64,000 bases of DNA, taken from the NCBI RefSeq assembly GCF_963921235.1, contig NC_086104.1, forward strand, positions 114,886,001 to 114,950,000, in the 5' to 3' direction. Source of the DNA: Mobula hypostoma. Lineage: Eukaryota. The notes beneath the pieces are model-generated. The model had not been told where the DNA came from, made no database searches, and saw only the letters and a list, made by a program, of their open reading frames with translations. The translations under genes and the position numbers were made by a program. Of the stretch, positions 1-11,300 are shown one piece after another. How positions within the stretch are numbered: the first letter of the stretch is position 1; the number at the start of each line of letters is the position of its first letter.

Positions 1-2548
1 CCAGTGTGTTATAGGCACACAGGAATCAGGGCCCAGTGTGTTACACGGCACATGGAAATCAGGGCCCAGTGTGTTATAGGGACACGGGAATCAGGGCCTA
101 GTGTGTTATAGGGATCATGGGAATCGGAGCCCAGTGTGTTATAGGGAGCACGGGAATCAGAGCCTAGTGTGTTATAGGGACACGGGAATCAGGGCCTAGT
201 GTGTTATAGGGACACTGGAGTCAGGGCCTAGTGTGTTATAGGGATCATGGGAATCGGAGCCCAGTGTGTTATAGGGAGCACGGGAATCAGAGCCTAGTGT
301 GTTATCGGGACACGGGAATCAGGGCCTAGTGTGTTATAGGGACACGGGAATCAGGGCCTAGTGTGTTATAGGGATAATGGGAATCAGAGCCCAGTGTGTT
401 ATAGGGAGCACGGGAATCAGAGCCTAATGTGTTATAGGGATCATGGGAATCAGGGTCCAGTGTGTTATAGGGACAAGGGAATCAGGGCCTCGTGTTTTAG
501 AAGGATCATGGGAATCAGGGACCAGTGTGTTATTGGCACGTGGGAATCAGGGACCAGTGTGTTATAGGGATCATGAATATCAGGACCCAGTGTTTTATTG
601 GGACACAGGAATTAGGGCCCAGTGTGTTATAGGGAAGATGGGAATCAGAGCCCACTGCGTTATAGGGACACGGGAATCAGGGCCTCGTGTTTTAGAAGGA
701 TCATGGGAATCAGGGACCAGTGTGTTACTGGCATGCAGGAATCAGGGACCAGTGTGTTATAGGGAACACGGGAATCAGGGCCCAGTGTGTTATAGGGATA
801 CAGGAATCAGGGCCCAGTGTGGTATAGGGAACATGGGAATCAAGGTCCAGTGTGTTATTGAGATGATGGGAATCAGAACCCAGTGTGCTATAGGCACACA
901 GGAATCAGGGCCCAGTGTGTCATTGGGACATGGGAGTCAGGGCCCAGTGTGTTATTGGGACACAGGAATCAGGGCCTAGTGTGTTACAGGGACACTGGAA
1001 TGGCGTCCCAGTGGTTATAGAGATCATTGGAATGGGGCCCCAGTGTGTTACTGTAATCACAGGAACGGGGCCCCAGTATGTTACTGTAATCACAGGAATG
1101 GGGCCCCAGTATGTTATAGAGATCACGGGAATGGGGTCCCAATGGTTATAGAGATCATGGGAATAAGGCCCCAGTGTGTTACAGGGATCACAGGAGCGGA
1201 GCCCCAGTGTATTCTAGAAATAGCGGAAATGCGGCCACAGTGTGTTATAGAGATATCACAGTGTGATATAGCGATATCACAGTCACCCCAGTGTGTTACG
1301 GGAATCACAGGAACACGGGTCCCAGTGTGTTACAGGGATCATGGGAACAGGCCCCAGTGTGTTACAGAGATATCGGAAATGGTGCCCCAGTGTCTTACAG
1401 GGATCAAAGGAATGGGGTCCCGGTGTATTACAGGGTTAACAGGACCGGAGCCCAAGTGTGTTATAGAGGTATCGGAAATGGTGCCCCCTGTGTGTTATAG
1501 GGATCACAGGAACAGAGCCCCCAGTGTGTTACAGTGATCATAGGAACGGGGCCCAGTGTATTACAGGGATCACAGGAACAAAGGCTCCAGTGTGTGATAG
1601 GGATCACACAAACAGGGCCTCCACTGTGTTACAGGAATTACAGGAATGGTGCCCCAGTGTGTTATAGATATATCGGAAATGGGCCACAGTGCGTTACAGG
1701 GTTCACAAGAGCAGAGCCCCAGTGTGTTATATAGATAATGGAAATAGCATCCTAGTATGTTACAGGGAACACAAGAACGGGGTCCGAGAGTGTTACAGGA
1801 ATCACAGGAACAGGGGCCCCAGTGTGTTACAAGGATCACAGGAATGGGGCCCCAGTGTGTTACAGGAATCACAGAAACACAGCTCCAGTGTGTTACTGTA
1901 ATCACGGGAATGGGGCCCCACTGTGTTATAGAGATCATGGGAATGGGGCCCCAGTGTGTTACAGGAATCACAGAAACACAGCTCCAGTGTGTTACTGTAA
2001 TCACGGGAATGGGGCCCCACTGTGTTATAGAGATCATGGGAATGGGGCCCCAGTGTGTTACAGGAATCACAGGATCGAGGCCGAAGTGTGTTACTGTAAT
2101 CACAGGAATGGAGACCCAGTGTGTTAGAGAGATATCGGAAATGGCACCCCAGTGTGTTACAGGGTTCTCGGAAATGGGGCCACAGTGTGTTATAGAGATA
2201 TCGGGAATCAGGCCCCTGTGTGTTACAGAGATCATGGGAACAGCTGCCCCAGTGTGTGATAGGGATCACAGGAACTGGAGCCCCAACGTGTTACAGGGAT
2301 CACAGGAACGGGGCCCCAGTGTGTTACAAGGATGATAGGAATGTTTCCCCAGTGTGATACAGAGATATCTGAAATAGCGCCTCAGTGTGTTGCAAGGGTC
2401 ACAGAAGCAGGGCCCCAGTGTGTTATAGGGATCATAGGAACAGGGCCCCAGTGTGTTACAGGGATCATAGTAACAGTTCCCCGGTATGCTACAGAGATAT
2501 CTGAAATAGTGCCCCAGTGTGTTGCAAGGATCACAGGAACAGTGTGTT

Positions 2549-2890
2549 CATTTTTAAATCTTTTTCATTAATTATTATTGAAGAATTAAATTACCAAATA
2601 ACTGATTAGCAAAGCTAAACAATATATCAGTAATAATAAGAAAAAATAAAGTGTTAAAACAATTTTTTGGAAAAAGGAAAGAAGGAAAAAAGAACCCCTA
2701 CTAACTAAAACATAAAAACCCAGCTAACAAAAAAACCTGAAAAAAAAACCGCATTGGGAGCTATACGCCATACAAGCTTCCATAAAAGAAAAACATCAAT
2801 CCGCCAACTGAAATCTATTTAAACAAGAATCAGAAGGAAACCATTTTAATTAACTCAAATCAGATGATAGTAGCGGGCAAAAGAACCCCT
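2549..2890 (-). mobile_element. 5'-truncated L1-clade LINE stub (last ORF2 codons, 3'UTR, A-rich tail)
   Basis: Minus strand reads GSFARYYHLI*, matching the ORF2 terminus GPFIRYFHLM* of the L1 at 57606-59430; an A-rich tail faces 2550. Confidence 0.7.
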
Positions 2891-2935
2891 GTGTGTTATA
2901 GAGATATCTGAAATGGCGCCCCAGTGTGTTACAGA

Positions 2936-3731
2936 TGTGACAAAAGACCAAGTTATCAGAAGATTGATGCTGATAAGAGAGACAAAGTGAGAAACATTCC
3001 AAATGTTAATGAGAGACGAGAGAGATTAATGAAAAGAGACACAGTTCCGAGTATTGTCAGACCGGTTGCTTTGAACCTGAACTGTTTGAAGTTTGATGGA
3101 CAGGCGATACCCCAGCAGGGGGATAAAAGGAACAGGTTCGCTAAGGCAAGGACACCACGAGATAATGAGACCCTGGAAGTGCGGTGTGCCCCCCCACAAG
3201 TTGGTGGGGGTTTTGGAGTTCTGGTCACGGGACCGACCATAGACGCACGGGGTGAAAAGGGTACGATTGGCGGGAACCTGGTGTGTGTGTCTGCCCTTGC
3301 CTGGGTGCCGGGTTCCCGTAGAAGAACGATCATATCCGGAACGGAGGGGTCACAGTTGGTGACCCCAGAAGATATAAAAAGGGCTCGCGCCGAAAGCTAA
3401 CTGCGAAGAACAAAGGTCTGTCTGAATCCGATTTGCATATTCTCTCTCCAATGGCACAATAGCGATTGCTGCGAACTATACTAAACTGAACTGAACTCTG
3501 CGTCACTTGAGACTGATCATTTTGCCCCTAGACTGTGATAGAGCTTGATCGATTCCTATTATCCTAGTTCTGTGTACATGTGTGTTTTATCATTGCTAAC
3601 CCGTTGCATTTACATCCTTATGTTTAGAGTACTGTGTTACTTATTTCTTTAATAAAACTTTCTTAGTTCCAGACTCCAACTAAGTGGTCCATTTCTGCTG
3701 GTTTGGCAACCCAGTTACGGGGTATGTAACA
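2936..3731 (+). mobile_element. Solo LTR of the Gmr1-type Gypsy family at 42163-46546
   Basis: TGTGACA...TGTAACA termini, 4-bp TSD CAGA (2932-2935 / 3732-3735), AATAAA at 3651; collinear with the LTR at 45683-46546. Confidence 0.93.
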
Positions 3732-5204
3732 CAGAGATCACAGGAATGGGGCCACAGTGTGTTACAGGAATCACAGGAACAGGGGCCCCAGTGTGTTACA
3801 GGGATCAAAGGAATGGCTCCCCAGTGTGTTACAGAGATATCTGAAATGGCGCCCCAGCGTGTTGCAACGATCACAGGAACAGGGCCCCAGTGTGTTACAG
3901 GGATCACAGGAATGGGGCCACAGTGTGTTACAGGGATCACAGGAATGGGGCCACAGTGTGTTACAGGGATCATAGTATCGGTTCCCCAGTGTGTTACAGA
4001 GATATCTGAAATGGCGCCCCAGCGTGTTGCAAGGATCACAATAACAGGGCCCCAGTGTGTTACAGGGATCACAGGAACAGGGCCCCAGTGTGTTACAGGA
4101 ATCACAGGAATGGGGCCCCAGTGTGTTACAGGGATCAGTGGAACAGTTCCCCAGTGTGTTACAAAGATATCTGAAATGGCGCCCCAGTGTGTTACTGGAA
4201 TCACAGGAACAGGGCCCCAATGTGTTACAGGGTTCACAGAAGTGAAGCCCTGGTGTGTTATAGAGATATCGTAAATGGGGCCCCAGTATGTTATGGAGAG
4301 ATTCGGAATGGGGCGCCAGTGTGTTACAGGAATCACAGGAACGGGGTCCCAGTGTGTTATAGAGATCACGGGAGTGGGGCCACAGTGTGTTACAGGGTTC
4401 ACAAGGGCAGAGCCCCAGTATATTATGGAAGTGGCACCCATTGTGTTACAGGGATCATGAGAAACACTTCCCAGTGCATTGTAAGAACGAGGGCCAAGTA
4501 TGTTTTAGTGATCATGGGAGTGGGGGCCTAGTGTGTTATTAGGATCAAGGGAACGTTACCCATGTGTTATTAGGATCAAGGGAACGTTACCCGTGTGTTA
4601 TTAGGATCAAGGGAACGTTACCCGTGTGTTATTAGGATCAAGGGAACGTTACCCGTGTGTTATTAGGATCAAGGGAACGTTACCCGTGTGTTATATAGAT
4701 CACAGAACCACGTCCCAGTGTGCTGTAGGAATCATCGAACACTGTGTTATAGGAAACCCTGAAATGAGGCCCCAGTGTGTTATAAGGATCAAAGGCCGTT
4801 GGCCCCAGTGTGTTATATTGAACATGGGTACCATGTCCCAGTGTTTTATAGGGATCACAGGAGCTTGGCTCCCACTCTTTGTGATGGAGCCTGGGGTCTA
4901 TAGTGCCATGCTGCAAAAGTGTGAGCTGTGTGGAATGTCAGAGTATTTAACAGATATACTCAACTATATACTCCGGGGGGATGTTTAGTAGTGTGTGGGG
5001 TAGTGCTGTATGGAGCTAGTGAGAGGCTATCAGAAGAGGAATTCCGGATCTCTGAACACAGACTGAAGTCATTGCTACCAATGGCAGAGCAATAATATTC
5101 AGGTGATTGCTCAGAAGCTGGGATTGAGGAGAAAAGATGGTCTTCGACACAGGAGATCTAGTAAATGGGGATACTTATTGTTTTCCGATTTTTCAAACAC
5201 TCAC

Positions 5205-5325
5205 CTGTTAGTTCTACATCGGGACTGAAGAACGAACCAAGTCAGAGTCACCAAGATGATCAGGGCTACAACTCCTGCTGCAGCAGCCAGTGAGACGATC
5301 AGCATTTCCTGCAATGAGAGCTCCA
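5205..5325 (-). CDS. Transmembrane exon of the Siglec-like gene (absent from the ORF track)
   Basis: Acceptor ttgtcctctcgttcttggctcctccaacAG, phase 1 in. Encodes (L)[39 protein letters not shown]: a 26-aa uncharged hydrophobic run followed by basic residues. Donor AG|GTGAGT, phase 2. Confidence 0.78.
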
Positions 5326-8300
5326 CTGTTGGAGGAGCCAAGAACGAGAGGACAATTACTTGTAGCAATATCCTTGTGGATCAAATGTGCTGTGTTGAAG
5401 GAATTCCGCACTATGTGAGGGCCAGTGCCAAGGAAGTGCTGCAGTGGGACGAGTGGTGCCCAGAGACTGCTACATGATGTGAAGGGGCAGCACTGAGGGA
5501 GTGCTGCATGGTGGGAGTGGCAGTACCAATAGAGTACAACGTTGTAGCCCTGAGGGAAAGATGCACAGTGGGAGTGACAGTACCAATAGAGTACAACATT
5601 GTAGCACTGAGGGAATGCTGCACAGTAGGACTGATAATACCAATAGAGTGCAGCACTGTGGGAGTGGCAGTACCAGAGAGCAGCTGTCCCCAACCACCGG
5701 GCCGCGGATTGGTACCGGGCCGCAAAGTATGTGCTACTGGGCCGCGAGGAAACAATATGATTTGGTGATAGGAGTCAGCTGCACCTTTCCTTATTCCCTG
5801 TCATGCTCACTGTTGAGCGAGGTCATTACCTATGCATCATCCATGTCAGCGCGGGAAGGAGATTAACTCCTCGAGCTTGCAAATGACGATGGGCTGAAAA
5901 GTATGTTTGACATAACATCTCTGCCGGCATTCTGGATCAAAGTCAAGGCTAAATATCCTGAGATAGCCACGAAAGCACTGAAAACGTTGCTTCCATTTCC
6001 AACATATCTCTGCAATGAATGCAACAAAAACTAAATTGCGGAATAGACTGGACATAAGGAACTCCGTTTGAGTATCGCTGTCTCCCATCATCCCTCGGTA
6101 GGACGGTCTCGTTGTAGGGAAACAAGCCCAGGGCTCCCACTGATTCAGCGATATTGGTGTGTTGCAATGATTTTATATGTTCATACAGGGAAAATATGTG
6201 CTGTGTATTTAATTTCCAAACATTACTTAAAATGTCATGATGCTATTGACTTATAAGTGACCTATATAACCATATAACAATTACAGAATGGAAACAGGCC
6301 ATCTCTGCCCTGCTAGTCCGTGCAGAACGCTACTCTCACCTAGTCCCACTGACCTGCACTCAGCCCATAACCCTCCATTCCTTTCCTGTCCATATACCTG
6401 TCTAATTTTTCTTTAAATGATAATATCAAACCTGCCTCTACCACTTCTACTGGAAGTTCGTTCAATACTTACTTCAAGCTCCCCTGTCCTCCCCTGATAA
6501 TTGACTTCTCACTATATTCATGTGAGGGAAATATGCACTGTGTGTTTAATATTAAATTCGTTAGATAAACCCTTTTAGAAACAAAATTGAGTGTATTAGC
6601 CAGTTATCACCCATATTCCGGTCGTGATTAACACCCCCCCCCACCCAACAGAATCGCCAAAAACGATTTGTAGGGGAAAAAAATCGGCACGTACACACAT
6701 GTGCACTGGTGCCCGCGCAAGGCTTCATGGTCATTGTAGTCTTTCATGAGGTAAACAACGTATTTGACTGATACTCTTGTCCGTTGGCAACCCTACCCAC
6801 CCCACCCCCACCTCCGGTCGGCCGGTCCGCAAGAATATTGTCAATATGAAACCGGTCCATAATGCAAAAAAGGTTGGGGACCCCTGCCATAGAGTACAGC
6901 CCTGTAGCACTGAGGGAGTGCTTCACAGTGAGAATGGCAGTGCCAATAGAGTGCAGCACTGGTCGCACTGAGGGAGCGCTGCGTGGTTAGATGGATCGTG
7001 GTGAGGGACCATTGCACTCACAGAGGAGAGAAAGCTGGACATGCGAGAATCGAGGTAGCATTGCCAAAGCAGAGAATCTGCTCTGAGGTAGTGTCCGAAC
7101 AGTGTGTGCAGAGCATTAGTAAACTTTGAACTGTTAGAGGGGGCAATACTGATGGGGGGATGTGTTTTCTGGGTGAGCAAGAACTACACTAACAGATAGG
7201 TGGTCCAGAGGAATTGCTGCGTTATGTTAAGATGTCACTGAATGCCCGCCCATACTTACACCGCACAGTCAGTGTGACTGTCTGCTCTGATGAAACAGGT
7301 GGGTATTTGACTCTGCAGGTGAGATTTTGCCCGTGGTGTTTGAGCGCTGGGGTGAGGGTCAGAACAGCTGTATATGTCAGAGTGTCACCCCACTCAGTTA
7401 CACTGCTGGAGTTTAACGCCAATACATCTGTGGGGGTGATCCAGGTGAAGTTGGGTGTCGATCCACCACACGTGATGTTGAAGGTGCAGCTTATGTTCAC
7501 TGGCTTTCCTGCAACCATTTCAGCGGGGAATATCGAGGGCTTATCTGTGAAATCTAACACAGAGAAATGGATCCTTTTAGATAAATATAACAAGTAGCAA
7601 ATGACTGCTGGGCTGGAGGAACAATTCTGACAGATTCTCTCCCTCTGCTCAAAGCACTTTCACTCTCAACACCTTTGATACTGCTGGATGAACAGGTTCA
7701 TGACTCTCAGGATTCTGCCCTAGTTTAATTAATCACTATCCACAGCAGGATGGACACAATGTTCATTAACCCTTCAATGACCATTTAAAATAGGGGGTGT
7801 ATCAATTTAATATTTGACATGCCTGGTTTGTAATGATCTGTACGAAGGTGTGACTGACGTTACAGCAGTTTATCATATTTCCTGAATTGCTGGAAAATTA
7901 TACTAGGCACTCACCAGTAACATGGAGCTGTGTTGTGGGTAGATAGCTATGTCGATCCACATTTTCAGATGCAATTTTGAAGTAATAATAACCTTCATCT
8001 TCCTGCATGATATTGTCTATAACCAGGGAACAGTCGCCATCTTTCATTTTTCCGGACAGCCGGGTCCGACGATGAAACCTCGGGGACACACGACTCTGAT
8101 GCTTAGAGTGGAAAGTGACCGTTTGAGTCAGACATTCATCTTTCATCCAGATTCCATCCCAGGGTTTATTGTCCACGTGCAATGGATAACTGTAGTGGCA
8201 TGGAATCCGAGCACACAAACCCCTCTGCGCCGTCACATCTTGTGGAGTGTCAGCTCTCCACTCTTCCGACACTGCACAGAGGAGACAAGGAACATCATAC

Positions 8301-11300
8301 AGATTCTCTCCCCCAGCCTCAGGTCCCCACTATGGATTCATCCCAAATTTCAGGTGGACACATCCTATGTCACTAATGAGACATTGCTGCACTGCTGGAG
8401 ACACAGGTCTAAGGGTAGCTACTCTGTCCAAAAGGCAGAGCAAATGATGCATCGTGGTGTCAGAGCAGCAGAGTAACGAGTAGTAGGAAGGATCATTCGG
8501 AAAGAAGGGCTGGCTATTTGTCCCTCACTCCAAACGCCTTCACTCTGAGGTCCCTGAGTACTGGGTTAGAAGAACCCCCGCTAGAACAGAGTGGTGTTCC
8601 CTCAGAATCTCACCTCTAAGAGAGCAGTGTACCCTCAGAATCTCCCCTTTGACAGTGTGATGTCTCTCAGAATCTCCCCTCAGAGAGAGTAGTGTTCCCT
8701 CAGTACCTCCACACTGACAGTGTGATGTCTCCCAGTATCTCCCCTCTTACGGTTTGGTGCTCTCTCAGTATCTCCTCTCAGACAATGTGGTTTCCCTCAG
8801 TATCTCCCCCCTGAGAGTGTGATGTCCCTCAGAATCTCTCCTCTGAGAGAGCAGTATTCTCTCAGTATCTTCCCTCAGAGAATGTGATTTTACCTCAGTA
8901 TCTCCCCTCTGACAGTGTGGTTTACTTTCAGTATCTCCCCTCTAACAGAGTGGTTATTCTCAGTATTTCCCCTCATACAGTCTGGTGACCCACAGTATCT
9001 CTCATCTCACAGTGTGATGTCCCTCAGTATTCACCTGCTGACAGTGCAGTGTCCTTCAGTATCTCCCCTCTGACAATGTAGTGTCCCTCAGTATCTCCCC
9101 TCTCACAATGTGATGTCTCTCAGTATTTCTCGTCTGACAGTGTGAATTTGTCTCAGTATCTCCCCTCTGAAAATATGGTGACCCTCAGTATCACCCGTCC
9201 GACAGTGTGATGTCCCTCAGTATCCCCGTCTGAAAGTGTTGTGTCTCTGAGTATCTCCCTTCAGACCCTGTGGTGTCCCTCAGTATCTCCCCGCTGACAG
9301 TGTAGTGTCCCTTAGTATCTCCCCTCTGGTGTCACTCAATATCACCCCTCTGACAGTGTGGTGTCCGCCTGTACCGCCCCACTGACGGTGGGTTTCTCTC
9401 ACTATCTCCCCAATGACAGTGTGATTTCACTTAGTATCTCCCCTCTGAGAGTGTGGTGCTCTCACAGTATTTCCTATCTGACAGTATGGTGCTCAACCGA
9501 TATCTCCTCTCTGACAGTCTGGTGTCTCTCAGTATCTAACCTCTGACAGTGTGATGTCTCTCAGTATCTCCCCTCTGACAGTCAGTTGTACCTCTATATC
9601 TCCCATCTAACAGTGTGGTTTCTCTCAGTACCTCCCCTCAGACAATGTGGTGTCCCCCTGTATCTCCGATCTGACGGTGTGGTGTCCCTCAGAATCTCCC
9701 CTCTGACAGTTTGATGTCTCTCAGTATCTCTCTTCTGACAGTGTGGTGCTCTCTCAGCATCTGCCATCTGACAGAGTGGTGACCCTCACTATCTCCCCTA
9801 GCATATTGTGATGTCTCTCAGTATCTCACCTCTGACAGAGTGAATTCTCTCAGATTCTCCCCTCTGACAGAGTGAATTCTCTCAGATTCTCCCCCGTGAC
9901 AGTGTGATCTCTCTCAGTACCTCCCCTCTGACAGTTCTCTCACTATCTCTCCTTGACAGTGTGATGTCTCTCAGTGTCTCCCATCTGATAGAGTGGTGTC
10001 TCTCAGTATATTCCCTCTGACAGTCTGATGACCGTCAGTATCTCCCCTCTGACAGTCTGTTGTCTCTCAGTGTCTCCCCTCTGACATTGTGGTGTCCCTT
10101 AGTATCTCCACTCTGACAGTGTGATGTTCCTTCAGTACCTCCCCATTGACAGTGTGATGCTCACTCAGTATCACCCCTCTGACAGTGTGGCGTCCCCCTG
10201 TACCTCCTCTCCGACAGTGGGATTCTGTCACTATCTCTCCCATAACAGTGTGACTTCTCTCAGTATCTCCCCTGTAACAGTCTGGTGCTCTCAGTATCAC
10301 CCCTCTGACAGAGTGGTGTCCCTCAGTATCTCCCTTATCACATTGTGATGTCTCTCATTATCTCACCTCTGACAGACTGAATTCTCTCAGGTTCTCCCCT
10401 CTGACAGTGTGATGACCCTCACTATCTCCCCGTTGTCAGTGTGAACCTCTCTCAGTATCTCCTCTCTGAGAGTATGGTGCTGTCCTGATATCTCCCCTCT
10501 GACAGTGTGATGTTCCCTCATTATCTCCCCTCTGACAGTGTGATGTCCCTCAGTATCTCCCCCATGAGAGTCTGTTGTCTCTCTGCATCTCCCCTCTAAC
10601 AGTGAGGTTTCTCTCAGTATCTCCACTTTCAAAGTGTGGTGTCTCTCAGTTTCTCCCCTCCGACAGTTTGATGTTCCCTCAGTATCTCCTCTCTGACAGA
10701 GTAATGTTAGCTCAGTCTGTCGCCCCTGACAGTTTGGTGTCTCTCAGTATCTCCTCTCTAATAGTCTGGTGTCTCTCAATATCTCCCCTCTGACAGTGTG
10801 GAGCCCCCTGTACCTCCCCTCCGACAGTGGGTTTCTCTCACTACCTCCACCATGACAGTGTGATTTCTCTCAGTATCTCCCCTCTGACAGTGTGGTGCTC
10901 ACTCACTATCTCTCCTCTGACAGTGTGATGTCTCTCAGTGTCTCCCATAAGATAGAGTGGTGTCTCTCGGTATCTCCCCTCTGACAGTGTGATGTCCCTC
11001 AGTATCTCCCCTCTAACAGTGTGGTTTCTCTCAGTATCTCTCCTCTGTCAGTGTGGTGTCCCTCAGCATCTCCCCTTTCAAAGTGTAGTGTCTCTCAGTT
11101 TCTCTTCTCCGACAGTTTGAAATTCCCTCACTATCTCCTCTCAGACAGAGTGATGTTAGCTCAGTCTGTCCCCTCTGACAGTTTGATGCTCTCTCAGTAT
11201 CTCCCCTCTGAGAGGTTGGTCTCTCTCGGTATCTCCCCTCTGACAGTCTGGTGTCTCTCAGCATCTCCTCTCTAACAGTGTTGTATTCCTTTTGTATCTC

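Larger units (their letters stand above)
1..4830. repeat. 32-33 bp tandem satellite (consensus ~CCAGTGTGTTACAGGGATCACAGGAACGGGGC), interrupted by an L1 stub and a solo LTR
   Basis: CCAGTGTGTT recurs at 1, 33 etc.; 32-bp variants dominate 1-1000 and 33-bp variants after that. There is a 99-bp (3-unit) local duplication near 1850-2060 and a 31-bp sub-array at 4531-4690. The array runs off the left edge. Confidence 0.95.

Noticed and set aside
1-4830. CRISPR-like array (regular ~32-bp repeats)
   Set aside because: No unique spacers, no cas genes, and a vertebrate context.
361-4988. Many 60-250 aa ORFs with repeating PQCVTGIT / VTHWGP motifs
   Set aside because: They are translations of the 33-bp satellite (a multiple of 3), appear in several frames on both strands, and have no supporting gene structure.
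6923-7180. Possible extra exon between C2 and TM (GTGAGT donor near 7015)
   Set aside because: No Ig or stalk motif, and no acceptor/donor pair gives a phase 1-1 open frame.
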